In this document: positions 39,424 through 48,602 of the stretch, in pieces | Layout: the number at the start of each line of letters is the position of its first letter | Position numbering within the stretch: the stretch's first letter is position 1 | The notes under the pieces: model-generated | Databases searched by the model: none | Told to the model about the DNA's origin: nothing | The model's input: only the letters and a program-made list of their open reading frames with translations | NCBI GenBank assembly: GCA_963978305.1 | Contig: CAXBRM010000002.1 | Coordinates: forward strand, 1-48,602 | DNA length: 48,602 nucleotides | DNA from: an uncultured Rhodospirillales bacterium | GTDB taxonomy: Bacteria; Pseudomonadota; Alphaproteobacteria; UBA7985 | Direction: 5' to 3' | Program-made: the position numbers and the translations under genes

Positions 39424-40400
39424 GCTTCGGCGACAAAATCGCCCTCGGCACTTTTAGCAAAACTCGTCCGATCAAATTCATAGCGAGATCCACAGAATTC
39501 ACAGGTCGATACGGCAATCCGACGACCGTCACTTTGTTCGACAAAGCAGTATTCAAAATCATCCGCTTTCATACTGCTCAGGACAGCTCTGATCCGTTCC
39601 TCTGAGCAGCCACAGGTCTTAAAAATTGGCTTAGCATCAAAGACCCTGACCCCATCTTCGTGAAAGAGCCGATACAGCAATGCCTCTTCGCTCAGTGCTT
39701 CATTGGCCAGTTCATCAGGTTTTAAACTGCCGACAAAAGCCGTCGCCTTGCGCCACGCCTCTGCCGCCGCTTCCTCATCATAGCCTGCTAAATCTGCCGC
39801 TCCACCGATATCTGGCAATCTTTGGACCAGCATGGCACCGACAACCATCCCCAAACCATCTTCGCGATCACAGCTGGCCAACTTGACCAACATGTCAAGC
39901 TGATCACTTTGATCAAAATAATACTGCATGCAATCAGCCAGCGTATCACCCGTGAGTGGCACAATGCCTTGATAGCGATCCGTGTGCTTGCCCTGATCAA
40001 TCGTGAACGCAATGTATCCGCTGCCCAAAAGCGCTGGTACTGTCGCGACCAATGGATCTGCCAATGCATCAAGTTTGTCCCCATCCCATTGCGCATAGCC
40101 ACGCACGCCACCATCACTCGCCGCATCAGCAACCAACAAAGGGATGGCACCATCGCCTTTGGCCTGAATGATGATTTTTCCATCAAACTTCATCGCCGCC
40201 GCCATTGCTGCCGCCAGGCCAACCAGCTGGCCCAACTGATGGCGTACGGCGTCTGGATAAGGGTGGGCTGCCAACACTTTGTCCACCACCGAATGCAAGC
40301 GAACCAACCGACCACTAACATCGGTGCCGTGAAGCAAAAACGGTGTTGTCTGACTCAGGTCTGTCCGAATGGCCCCGGCAATATTTGTTGGCGTGCTCAT
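39420..40400 (-). CDS. hslO: redox-regulated chaperone Hsp33
   Basis: C-terminal zinc centre CGCS...CEFCGSRYEF. It lies downstream of argF, as in many alphaproteobacteria. Confidence 0.9.
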   Translation of the reverse strand: MSTPTNIAGAIRTDLSQTTPFLLHGTDVSGRLVRLHSVVDKVLAAHPYPDAVRHQLGQLVGLAAAMAAAMKFDGKIIIQAKGDGAIPLLVADAASDGGVRGYAQWDGDKLDALADPLVATVPALLGSGYIAFTIDQGKHTDRYQGIVPLTGDTLADCMQYYFDQSDQLDMLVKLASCDREDGLGMVVGAMLVQRLPDIGGAADLAGYDEEAAAEAWRKATAFVGSLKPDELANEALSEEALLYRLFHEDGVRVFDAKPIFKTCGCSEERIRAVLSSMKADDFEYCFVEQSDGRRIAVSTCEFCGSRYEFDRTSFAKSAEGDFVAEA

Positions 40401-40432
40401 GGCAGTCGAAATCTTTCTCTACCGTGGTGTTT

Positions 40433-41323
40433 CTAACTCAAACACCACTCCAAAATCGCTTTTTGAGCATGTAGCCTGTTTTCGGCCTCATCAAAGACCA
40501 AAGACTGCGGGCCATCAATGACCTGAGCGGTCACCTCCATGCCTCGGTAGGCTGGCAGACAATGCAAAAAGCGAGCCTCCGGTTGGGCAAGGGACATCAA
40601 AGACTCATCAACCTGATAAGGACCCAGCAACGACAGCAGCGCCGGCTTGTTACCCTCATCACCCATGCTGATCCACGTGTCTGTCACAACAATATCTGCG
40701 CCCTTAGCGGCAATTTTGGGGTCCGCTGACCAAGAAGCATGGTTACCAGCTCCAGCCAAAATCTCTTCATCCGGTTTTCGCTCAGCAGGTGTTGCGATTG
40801 ATAAATGAAAGTTAAATGCTCTCGCCGCTTCAATAAAACTGTGGCAGACATTGTTACCATCCCCCAACCATGCCATCCGGAGATCCTGGAGGGTGCCAAC
40901 AGCCTCTTCAACCGTCTGAAGATCGGCCATAATTTGGCACGGGTGTGAGCGATCTGTCAGGCCATTGATCACCGGCACAGTCGCATGAGCTGCCAGTTCT
41001 TGGACATCAGAATGCCGGTTCGCGCGAATCATGATGGCATCTACCAAACGACTCAAAACCCGGGCTGTATCTGCTGGCGTTTCGCTGCGGCCTAACTGCA
41101 TGTCACCAGCGGCCATCACGATCGGCTGACCCCCCAACTGCCATATACCACGCTCGAAACTGACCCTTGTTCGGGTTGAGCTTTTTTCGAAAATCATTGC
41201 GACGGCTCGGTCAGCCAAAGGCTTTGCACTCAAATCTTTCTTTAGTGCGTGACTGCGCGCGAGAATCTCTTTGAGCACACCTGGGTCAATAGCAGCAATA
41301 TCCAAAAAGTGCTTGGGTGTCAT
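40433..41323 (-). CDS. argF: ornithine carbamoyltransferase
   Basis: Motifs [17 protein letters not shown] and HCLPAYRG. Start at the ATG at 41323 (MTPKHFLDI). Confidence 0.93.
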   Translation of the reverse strand: MTPKHFLDIAAIDPGVLKEILARSHALKKDLSAKPLADRAVAMIFEKSSTRTRVSFERGIWQLGGQPIVMAAGDMQLGRSETPADTARVLSRLVDAIMIRANRHSDVQELAAHATVPVINGLTDRSHPCQIMADLQTVEEAVGTLQDLRMAWLGDGNNVCHSFIEAARAFNFHLSIATPAERKPDEEILAGAGNHASWSADPKIAAKGADIVVTDTWISMGDEGNKPALLSLLGPYQVDESLMSLAQPEARFLHCLPAYRGMEVTAQVIDGPQSLVFDEAENRLHAQKAILEWCLS

Positions 41324-41334
41324 AGGGTTAACTC

Positions 41335-42516
41335 CTAAAGGGACATGAGGGCAGCGTCTAATATATCGAGACATTCAGCCACGTGTTCGTCCGTGATAAT
41401 CAACGGTGGCAGAATTCGGATGACGTTGTCGCCCGCCGCCACTGTCAATAAGCCCCGTTCACGGAGCATCGAGACGACAGAGACATTGTCTTGCTGGGCG
41501 GAGAGCTTAATGCCCAGCATCAGCCCTGCGCCACGGACGGTATCAATGTGTTTGTTTTGATACGTGTTTTGAAGCTCTATCAACCCGCGCCACAAACCGC
41601 GAGCGACGGCATCCACACGAACCAGAAAGCCATCTGCCAAAACCTCGTCGAGCATCGCATTGCCGACAGCCATGGCCAGCGGATTGCCACCGTAAGTTGT
41701 GCCATGCGTTCCTGCTGTCATGCCACGGGCGGCTTCGAGTGTTGATAAAATTGCCCCCATCGGGAACCCGCCGCCAATCCCCTTGGCAACAGCCATCAAA
41801 TCAGGGGTCACATCAGCCCATTCATGGGCAAACAATTTTCCGCTTCGGCCCATGCCGCATTGAATTTCATCCAGGATTAACAGCAGTCCTCGCTCATCAC
41901 AGATACTGCGTAAGGCGCGAAGAAACGCCAGCGTTGCTGGTCGAATGCCTCCCTCGCCTTGGATTGGCTCCACCAAAACAGCCGCAGTCTCATCACCGAT
42001 CGCTGCCTTAAGCGCGTCGATATCGCCGAAAGGAACCTGATCGAAACCATCAACTTCGGGGCCAAAGCCCTCGGTCAACTTTCTGGCTTTTGCTGCAAAA
42101 ATTGTCGCTAAGGTCCGGCCGTGAAAGCTGCCGTCAAAGGTAATTACCCGATTCCTGTGGCCTTGCCCGCGACTGTAATGATATTTACGGGCATATTTTA
42201 TGCAGCCCTCAATCGCTTCTGCACCGCTGTTGCAGAACTGGACACGCTCAGCAAAAGTAGCATCGCATAGCCTCTTGGCCAGGGTCTCTTGACCAGGAAT
42301 TCTATAAAGGTTGCTGGTGTGCCAAAGTTGGTCAGCCTGTGCTTTGAGGGCATTGACCAGCGTTGGATGACCATGTCCCAAGGCATTAACAGCGATCCCT
42401 GCGGCAAAATCCAGGTATCGCCTGCCGTCGACGTCGAACAAATAAACACCATCGCCGCGCGCCATTTCAATCGCCGGAGCGCCATAGGTTGGTGTCACAG
42501 AACTTGGGGCTGGCAT
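41335..42516 (-). CDS. argD: acetylornithine aminotransferase
   Basis: Class-III aminotransferase with [22 protein letters not shown] and [11 protein letters not shown] (PLP lysine). It lies upstream of argF. Confidence 0.92.
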   Translation of the reverse strand: MPAPSSVTPTYGAPAIEMARGDGVYLFDVDGRRYLDFAAGIAVNALGHGHPTLVNALKAQADQLWHTSNLYRIPGQETLAKRLCDATFAERVQFCNSGAEAIEGCIKYARKYHYSRGQGHRNRVITFDGSFHGRTLATIFAAKARKLTEGFGPEVDGFDQVPFGDIDALKAAIGDETAAVLVEPIQGEGGIRPATLAFLRALRSICDERGLLLILDEIQCGMGRSGKLFAHEWADVTPDLMAVAKGIGGGFPMGAILSTLEAARGMTAGTHGTTYGGNPLAMAVGNAMLDEVLADGFLVRVDAVARGLWRGLIELQNTYQNKHIDTVRGAGLMLGIKLSAQQDNVSVVSMLRERGLLTVAAGDNVIRILPPLIITDEHVAECLDILDAALMSL

Positions 42517-42606
42517 AACGATCGATTAACCTTCAAAAACAAGAACCCGCTCCAAAGCTAAGGAACGGGCTAAAACCACATCAATATTTGTGCTAGCAAG
42601 CCAAAC

Positions 42607-43191
42607 ATGGAACCTGAAGTCAAGCCAACCGGTGCAACGCAGCCTGCTAAGCGCCGTCGAACGCCCAAAAAGGTCACGCTTGAACGGCTAAAGCGGCAGG
42701 CACTGTATTATCTTGAACGTTACAACGCGTCCCAAGCGTCGTTGCGCACAGTTTTAAGGCGAAAAGTTACGCGTGCTGCGCGAGTGCATCCCGATACAGA
42801 CATTGAGCAAGCCCACAGCTGGATTGATGACATCATTGCCGAATGTGTTCGAATCGGACTGCTCAATGATGCCAACTTTGCTCTGACGCGGGCCAGGAGC
42901 TTACTGAGAGGCGGGAAAAGCATGCGTGCGATCGGCGTTGCCTTACGCCAAAAAGGCATCAGCGACGCCCAAGCAAAAGCAGCATTCGCACGGCTCAGCG
43001 AAGAACGAAACGATGATGACGGCACTCTCGATCTTGATGCCGCGCGCCACTACGTTCGAAAGCGACGTTTGGGCGGCTTCCGCACGCCATCTGACCCCGA
43101 ACGCTACAATAAAGACTTGGCGTCGTTAGCACGGCGTGGCTTTCATTTCGATCTTGCCAAACGTGTCCTGGACGAAACGTTCAACGACTAG
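42607..43191 (+). CDS. recX: regulatory protein RecX
   Basis: The helical-repeat pattern LKRQALYYLERYNASQASLRTVL...LNDANFA...LRQKGIS is typical of RecX. It is not adjacent to recA here. Confidence 0.75.
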   Translation: MEPEVKPTGATQPAKRRRTPKKVTLERLKRQALYYLERYNASQASLRTVLRRKVTRAARVHPDTDIEQAHSWIDDIIAECVRIGLLNDANFALTRARSLLRGGKSMRAIGVALRQKGISDAQAKAAFARLSEERNDDDGTLDLDAARHYVRKRRLGGFRTPSDPERYNKDLASLARRGFHFDLAKRVLDETFND

Positions 43192-43580
43192 TGATAGTCA
43201 GACACATCATAAGGACTGTCTAACGAGAACGCTGGCACCTTGGCATGGAACGGCATGCCGGCCTCGTTCACCATTTCATAATGACCCATCATGATGCCGC
43301 TTGGCGTCTTCAGCGGACAACCCGACTCATAACTATAGGTTTCACCAGGAGCCAGAACGGGTTGCTCGCCAACAACGCCCGGTCCACTGATCTCTTCTTG
43401 ACCGCCACGACTATCAACAATGCGCCAATAGCGGTTCATTAGCTGGACGGTCAAAGATCCCATGTTCGTAATCGTAATCTTGTAAGCCCAGGTGAAATGA
43501 CCTTCCTGCGGACGCGATTCAGTATCCAGAAAGACTGGCGTCACATCAACTTTCACATCTTGTGTCACTTCCGTATACAT
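43188..43580 (-). CDS. apaG: ApaG (DUF525) protein
   Basis: VDVTPVFL...FTWAYKITITNMGSLTVQLMNRYWRIVDSRG...GPGVVGEQPVLAPGETYSYESGCPL. Confidence 0.9.
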   Translation of the reverse strand: MYTEVTQDVKVDVTPVFLDTESRPQEGHFTWAYKITITNMGSLTVQLMNRYWRIVDSRGGQEEISGPGVVGEQPVLAPGETYSYESGCPLKTPSGIMMGHYEMVNEAGMPFHAKVPAFSLDSPYDVSDYH

Positions 43581-43634
43581 GAGCCATATTGCTTTCAAAA
43601 ACCTTTGGCGGCCTAATCAGAAGCGCGCTTCAAT

Positions 43635-44330
43635 TCAATGGTCTGCGCGCTGCGACTCGGCAACTTGCAGCTTTCCGCTGCTCATATGGTGCATTTTGAT
43701 CTCAAACTGTTGTGCTGGCACATCACCCGAATCGTGAGTAACCAAAACAACGGGCACGTTTGCCTCCGCCAGATGCCTATAAACCAACGCACGAGTCGCC
43801 GCCCGTAACGGTGGATCCAGCGCCGAAAAAGGTTCATCCAACAACACCGCTGATGGATCTGCCGCCAGCATTCTTGCCAGTGCAGCACGTGCCTGTTGTC
43901 CACCCGAAAGCGTGGCTGGATCTCGGTCCATCATTCCCGCAAGGCCGACACTGTCCAGCCACTTTTCAACCCGTTGACGGCGACGCTCAATGCTGTCGCC
44001 CGGCTGCTTGGCGAGGACCAAAGCAACATTTTGACCAACACTCAAATGCGCAAATAGGTTTGGCCGCTGGAACAACATGCCAATCCTACGGCGATAAGCA
44101 GGCTGATCCGACACACACTGATCGCCTAAACGGATCTCACCGTTCATCTGCAAGTCTGGTGTCTGGACGCCAGCAATCGCCAACAAAAGCGTCGATTTTC
44201 CAGCGCCACTTGCGCCTTGAATAACCAGGCACTGGCCGGGCTCAAGGGAAAAGCGGACCGGATGGATCAATGGCAGCGCCACCGCAGTTGAGACGACGAG
44301 ATCCTTGACCGTCAACTTAAGACCACTCAC
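43635..44330 (-). CDS. ABC transporter ATP-binding protein, YnjD/ThiQ-like
   Basis: The GTG start overlaps the permease stop (GTGA). Walker A GASGAGKST, DPATLSGGQQARAALARML, LLDEPFSALD and VVLVTHDSGDVPA resemble E. coli YnjD, from memory. Confidence 0.82.
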   Translation of the reverse strand: MSGLKLTVKDLVVSTAVALPLIHPVRFSLEPGQCLVIQGASGAGKSTLLLAIAGVQTPDLQMNGEIRLGDQCVSDQPAYRRRIGMLFQRPNLFAHLSVGQNVALVLAKQPGDSIERRRQRVEKWLDSVGLAGMMDRDPATLSGGQQARAALARMLAADPSAVLLDEPFSALDPPLRAATRALVYRHLAEANVPVVLVTHDSGDVPAQQFEIKMHHMSSGKLQVAESQRADH

Positions 44331-46033
44331 AACATTATCCCCTGACGCTTTCGGTCGAGCAAATGCAAAACGCCGAAACAAATCGCCAAGCCAATCATGC
44401 TCAACAGGGTTTGCGCTGTCGCGAAAACAGCCATCTGCGGGCGGCGCAAGTTGGTGGCAAAGTGCACCCCCTCGGTCAACAGTGTCGTCACGCGACCACC
44501 ACCAAAAACCAGGGTGGGCAGATATAAGGAAAAACTCACCGTCAAGCTGAGCACAAATGTCAACAGTAAAGGTCCTGCCAGCATGGGAATCTTGATTCTC
44601 GTCAGCGTCGTCATTGGTGACAGCCCCAAAGATTCGGCCTGACGGATCAAAGCTGGATCGAACTGCAACCAACTTGAACCCAGCAAAAGCGCCGAAAAAC
44701 AAAATATAAACAGGCTATGGCCAAAAACTGTCAAGGCAGTGCCGACTTCAAAACCAAGGGGCAAGACCGCCGCATAGAGCGAGAGCACGACAACTATTTG
44801 CGGTAAAATAAGGGGGGCGTAGAGGCCACATTGCCAAATCTTAGGCCAGTCGCGACGGCCACGGCGCGCCAGATATTCAAGCACAAAAACCAGCAGCAAG
44901 AGACTAAAACCGGCCGAGACAATGGCCACAAATAGGGTTGTACCAAGCGCGTTGTTCAGGCTTGCCCCCAACTGAGCGATGGTTTGCATTGATAGCTCAG
45001 GGAACGCATCGGGAAATCGCCATTGACGCGAGAGGGCGAACAGAATGCTGGCAACCAAGCCAAAAGCAAAAACACCAAAAATCAGCCAACCGATTCCCTG
45101 TGCGAAGACAGACGCCAATACGGAAAAGAAACGCTGCAGTGGCGACCAGGAGCCGGACCACGCTCGCCGGGCCTCGCCCCGTTCAGAGCATTCCAAAATC
45201 GCAAGCGTTCCAGCAATAACAGCCAAGGTCAAGGCGCCCAAACAAAGCGCAGCCCAGGGTAGCTGTACAAATTGCTGGGGGTTCGGATCATAAAACAGTT
45301 GCAAGACAAGCACCGACAAAGACGGTGGCATGTTCGGCCCCAGAACCATTGTCATTTCGACGTTTGTCAGTCCGTAAGCCAGAACCAGCACAAAGGGCAA
45401 GCGCAGCCTGGGCCAGAGCTGCGGCCAGACCAACCGGTGCCAGCTCTCAATGCTGGTCAAACCCAAACTTTGGCCGGCACGCATCGAAGAATTGACATTT
45501 AAGCCTCGACTGGCGACCAGTGCCATCATCACTAAAAACGGCACCTCGCGAAGAACCAGCCCAAAGATCAACGTCAAGCCAAACGGATCGCCAATGATCA
45601 CCCAGTCGGGGACCCGCTGCCACCCGGTGAACCATGGCGAAAGCAAGCGAGCGAACCAACCGCCCGGCCAAATCAGTAGGCTAATTCCAATCGCAAAAGC
45701 CACATGTGGGATCGCCAAGACCGGTGCAAGAAACCGTGTAACCAGCCGCCCGAAACGACCTCCTCCAGCCAGGAGATGGCGCGTTATCCACAGAGCCATC
45801 AAGCTGCTGGCGATCCCAACCCAAAGACTTAGCAAAACACTCCTGCCAAGCGCTGGACGATCGAAAAACGTCCGCATGGCGAACATTGAACTGTGCTCAG
45901 TACTGCCCAAAACCCCGCTGCCGAGCGTGCCCTGCCATAAAAACCAGCCAACAGCCGTCAGGACCACCACGCCCAGACCCGCAGTGAGACAATAACTTCC
46001 AATCGTCAGCCATGCGTGGAGGCGTGGTTTCAT
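44327..46033 (-). CDS. ABC transporter permease, duplicated 6+6 TM type (YnjC/ThiP-like)
   Basis: 568 aa with two tandem permease halves. It is translationally coupled to the downstream ATPase. Confidence 0.8.
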   Translation of the reverse strand: MKPRLHAWLTIGSYCLTAGLGVVVLTAVGWFLWQGTLGSGVLGSTEHSSMFAMRTFFDRPALGRSVLLSLWVGIASSLMALWITRHLLAGGGRFGRLVTRFLAPVLAIPHVAFAIGISLLIWPGGWFARLLSPWFTGWQRVPDWVIIGDPFGLTLIFGLVLREVPFLVMMALVASRGLNVNSSMRAGQSLGLTSIESWHRLVWPQLWPRLRLPFVLVLAYGLTNVEMTMVLGPNMPPSLSVLVLQLFYDPNPQQFVQLPWAALCLGALTLAVIAGTLAILECSERGEARRAWSGSWSPLQRFFSVLASVFAQGIGWLIFGVFAFGLVASILFALSRQWRFPDAFPELSMQTIAQLGASLNNALGTTLFVAIVSAGFSLLLLVFVLEYLARRGRRDWPKIWQCGLYAPLILPQIVVVLSLYAAVLPLGFEVGTALTVFGHSLFIFCFSALLLGSSWLQFDPALIRQAESLGLSPMTTLTRIKIPMLAGPLLLTFVLSLTVSFSLYLPTLVFGGGRVTTLLTEGVHFATNLRRPQMAVFATAQTLLSMIGLAICFGVLHLLDRKRQGIML

Positions 46034-46155
46034 TGATCACCGTTGGTTCGGTTTAACACTTTGTTCAAGGATAACTTCCTCTTGATCATGACCACAAACG
46101 TAGGCACCTGTAGGATGACAGCATCTGAGGATTTGTTCGGTAATTCCCCCGTATC

Positions 46156-47991
46156 ATGACCATTGAACCAACGACAAGCCACGACCAAGCGCAAATCCGC
46201 CGTTTGCCAGCGACACTGGTCAATCAAATCGCTGCCGGCGAAGTGGTGGATCGCCCGGCCAGCGTAATTAAGGAATTGGTCGAAAACAGCCTCGACGCAC
46301 GCGCAAGCCAAATTGATGTTGTCGTGCGCGATGGTGGTAAAAGCCTGATCAGTGTCCGCGACAACGGTCAAGGCATGAGCTGCGACGAGCTTAGTTTAGC
46401 GATTGAGCGTCACGCCACCAGCAAGTTGGCAGGCGATACCCTCGACAATATCCAAACCCTTGGCTTTCGCGGTGAAGCCTTACCGAGCATTGGATCGATC
46501 GCCAGGATGAAAATCACCTCACAAGCCAAGCAAAGCGACCAGAACCACGGTTGGCAAATCATGGTTGAAGGTGGCGACCAGCAATCGCCACAACCAGCCA
46601 GCGCAGAACCGGGAACTGTGATTGAGGTCAAAGATTTGTTTTACGCCACGCCGGCACGCCTCAAATTTTTGAAAAGTGACCGCGCAGAAGTCGCCGCAAT
46701 TAGCGATGTGATGACGCGCTTAGCACTTGCTCGCCCCGACGCCGGGTTTTCGTTCATCAGCAATGGTCGAAACCTTCTCAAAGCTGGTGCTACAAGCCCA
46801 GAAGGCGCCCAACAGCGTGTAAAGCAAGTCATGGGTCAGGAGTTTCTTGATAACGCCCGCGTCGTCGACTTCCAGCGTGATGGGCTGGCGGTAAAAGGCT
46901 GGACCAGCCTGCCGACCCATTCGCGGGGCAGCACGGTCCACCAATATCTGTTCGTCAACGATCGCCCCGTAAAAGACAAGCTGCTGACCGGGGTTGTTCG
47001 TGCCGTTTATCGTGAATTGATCCCGAACGGACGCCACCCGATTCTCGCCCTTTGGCTGCAAGTGCCCGCAAACTTTGTCGATGTAAATGTTCATCCCGCT
47101 AAAGCAGAGGTTCGCTTCCGCGACCCCAGCGCCGTGCGCGCTGTCATTATTAATGCGCTGCGGGACGCCTTGCTGAGCGCTGGGCCACAAACCAGCACCG
47201 GCTTGACCGATGATGCTTTGGCGGCCTTCCGCACGCTTCAAAGCCACGGCCGGGCACCGGCGGGTGCCTCTTACCCACAGACCACAAGACAAGCCCGTAC
47301 TGGCGAACATTCCGCCAACCCCTACCGCCATCAGGCCAGCGTGTTTGAAGCCTCGACACCCAGCGCTCAAATCGCAAGCCCAACACAAAGCTCTGAAGAA
47401 AGCTTTGATAATTATCCGCTCGGTGCCGCCATTGCCCAGGTCCACAAAAACTACATTGTCAGCCAAACCCAAAACGGCATGATTTTGATCGATCAGCATG
47501 CAGCCCACGAGCGCCTGACACTCGAACAATTGAAGGCACAAGCCGAGCACCACGGGATACAACGCCAGGCATTGTTGATCCCCGAAGTTGTCCACTTGAA
47601 TGCGGCCAGTGTTGAACGGCTGGTCGGCGCGTCAGAAGCCCTTGCGAGCAATGGTCTGATACTGGATGGATTTGGTGACGGGACGATTGTCGTCCGCGAA
47701 GTACCCAGTTTGCTGGGCGATTTCGATATTAGCGGCTTGGTCGGCGATATTGCCGACGAGCTTGCTGATCAGGACAGCAGCGAAACACTGTCTGAACGCA
47801 TTTATATGAAAATGGCGACCGCGGCCTGTCACGGCTCGGTGCGCTCGGGACGCAAACTCAATATCGACGAAATGAACGCACTGCTCCGCCAGATGGAGGC
47901 CGAGCCCCTGTCAGCGCAATGCAATCATGGCCGGCCGACCTTCGTCACCCTTAGTCTTGAGCAAATTGAGAAATTATTTGACCGAAAATAG
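46156..47991 (+). CDS. mutL: DNA mismatch repair endonuclease MutL
   Basis: GHKL ATPase motifs ELVENSLDA and GFRGEALPSI. The C-terminal endonuclease motif DQHAAHERL and CNHGRPT indicate MutH-independent repair. Confidence 0.95.
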   Translation: MTIEPTTSHDQAQIRRLPATLVNQIAAGEVVDRPASVIKELVENSLDARASQIDVVVRDGGKSLISVRDNGQGMSCDELSLAIERHATSKLAGDTLDNIQTLGFRGEALPSIGSIARMKITSQAKQSDQNHGWQIMVEGGDQQSPQPASAEPGTVIEVKDLFYATPARLKFLKSDRAEVAAISDVMTRLALARPDAGFSFISNGRNLLKAGATSPEGAQQRVKQVMGQEFLDNARVVDFQRDGLAVKGWTSLPTHSRGSTVHQYLFVNDRPVKDKLLTGVVRAVYRELIPNGRHPILALWLQVPANFVDVNVHPAKAEVRFRDPSAVRAVIINALRDALLSAGPQTSTGLTDDALAAFRTLQSHGRAPAGASYPQTTRQARTGEHSANPYRHQASVFEASTPSAQIASPTQSSEESFDNYPLGAAIAQVHKNYIVSQTQNGMILIDQHAAHERLTLEQLKAQAEHHGIQRQALLIPEVVHLNAASVERLVGASEALASNGLILDGFGDGTIVVREVPSLLGDFDISGLVGDIADELADQDSSETLSERIYMKMATAACHGSVRSGRKLNIDEMNALLRQMEAEPLSAQCNHGRPTFVTLSLEQIEKLFDRK

Positions 47992-48051
47992 TTGTCCATA
48001 AAGGTTACAGGGGCGTTGTAATGGGTGTTTTGGCTTGACATAGATGCCGTG

Positions 48052-48602
48052 TTAATGGCGCAAAAATATCTGCACTCGGGTACGACCAAAGCGCCGATCC
48101 TTTAACAACGCCCATCTTTTTGAGAGATCTGGAAACGCGTCTTTGCCGTCAAGTTCCACTACCAGCAGCGTGCTCGAGGCGACCAGATTGCTACTTTCAA
48201 AGCCATCAACCAGCGCTTCCCAGTCCATAAAGCCATAGGGTGGATCACAGAAAATGACATCAAATGGTCGCCGAAGGCTGGCTTGGCCCAAACCGACCAA
48301 ACCTTCATCGCCAATTCGGATGCCACTGGGTAACTGAGGTTGGCCAGTGATTGATTGATAATTTTGCTTAATCAGGCGTTGGCTGGCCAGTGATCGATCA
48401 ATGAACCAAACATCTTTTGCCCCTCGCGACAGCGCTTCAATCCCCAAAGCGCCCGTGCCCGCAAATCGGTCCAGCACCCGTGCATCAACCAAAGGCGAGC
48501 CATCGCGCTGCTTTATGCTCAAATGGTCGAGAATATTAAACAGGCTTTCCCGAACGCGAGCAGCGGTTGGTCGCAGCGCCTGACCTTCAAGGATATTGAG
48601 TT
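48052..48602 (-). CDS. rsmD: 16S rRNA (guanine966-N2)-methyltransferase RsmD (N-terminus outside window)
   Basis: RPTAARVRESLFNIL, DRFAGTGALGIEALSRGA and the FCDPPY motif. The frame stays open to the window edge. Confidence 0.85.
   Translation of the reverse strand, partial: LNILEGQALRPTAARVRESLFNILDHLSIKQRDGSPLVDARVLDRFAGTGALGIEALSRGAKDVWFIDRSLASQRLIKQNYQSITGQPQLPSGIRIGDEGLVGLGQASLRRPFDVIFCDPPYGFMDWEALVDGFESSNLVASSTLLVVELDGKDAFPDLSKRWALLKDRRFGRTRVQIFLRH

Noticed and set aside
45784-45792. A perfect DnaA-box consensus TTATCCACA.
   Set aside because: It is a single copy inside the ABC permease coding sequence. I estimate about 0.4 such matches by chance in 48.6 kb on both strands. There is no cluster, no AT-rich unwinding element and no dnaA/dnaN context.
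46034-46155. A possible TPP riboswitch in the leader of the ThiP/YnjC-like permease.
   Set aside because: The minus-strand leader lacks the conserved CUGAGA and ACCUGAUCUGGAUAAUGCCAGCG-like core elements, and 122 nt shared with the mutL promoter leaves little room.
46030-46371. A 113-aa minus-strand ORF spanning the ynjC-like/mutL intergenic region and the mutL 5' end.
   Set aside because: It overlaps the strongly supported mutL N-terminal ATPase domain in antisense, has no motifs, and has an implausible context.
46720-47595. A 291-aa ORF antisense to mutL. Similar long antisense ORFs occur at 5644-6423, 34751-35296, 37527-38153, 39822-40436 and 45450-45995.
   Set aside because: Each lies entirely inside a well-supported gene on the opposite strand. 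None has a recognisable motif. Their compositions are Arg/Cys/Gly/Gln-skewed and non-protein-like. They are the usual shadow ORFs of moderately GC-rich coding DNA.
1-48602. A window-wide search for tRNA/rRNA genes, CRISPR repeats, IS or transposase genes, integrases, toxin-antitoxin pairs and defence-system genes.
   Set aside because: I found no T-loop or acceptor-like tRNA signatures near GTTCGA-type motifs, no spaced direct-repeat arrays, no terminal inverted repeats flanking ORFs, and no ORF with nuclease, transposase, integrase or toxin motifs. All large ORFs are accounted for by housekeeping functions.

Overview
This 48.6-kb window is densely packed core chromosome at roughly 50% GC. The gene set points to an alphaproteobacterium: ChvG/ChvI, a MucR/Ros regulator, an IalB-like protein, a bactofilin, an endonuclease-type MutL, and the conserved orders argD-argF-hslO and mutS-glnD. 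I support about 44 protein-coding genes, nearly all housekeeping. They cover t6A tRNA modification (tsaD fragment, tsaB-rimI), rlmN, an Nfu/NifU Fe-S protein, lolA, xthA, ubiH-family, ftsK, carA, yqeY, moaB, rnhB, glnD, mutS, maeB, betA, cobM, folE, trkH, hslO, argF, argD, recX, apaG, mutL and an rsmD fragment. I found no rRNA, tRNA, CRISPR array, IS element, integrase or prophage signature. I could not identify a convincing new multi-gene system, and the window reads as ordinary core genome. The only clearly accessory module is a stand-alone gap-arsJ pair, a known arsenate-resistance mechanism, sitting between ftsK and carA. Smaller leads are listed below.
- An unannotated 42-codon membrane-peptide ORF is coupled to the glnD stop by an ATGA overlap.
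- An otherwise intact ABC exporter has a Gly-to-Asp change in its Walker A motif.
- The ArsJ-associated GAPDH carries a triplicated 9-nt in-frame repeat.
- A rod-like hairpin in the folE leader is a possible THF-II/folE-motif candidate.
- A YnjC/YnjD-type ABC importer has no binding-protein gene beside it.
- A 444-bp non-coding gap lies upstream of chvI, which is unusually long for this compact region.
- MucR has Asp in place of its second zinc-ligand Cys.
- A small secreted protein matches no family I can recognise.
All functional calls come from motif recognition by eye. No searches were run.
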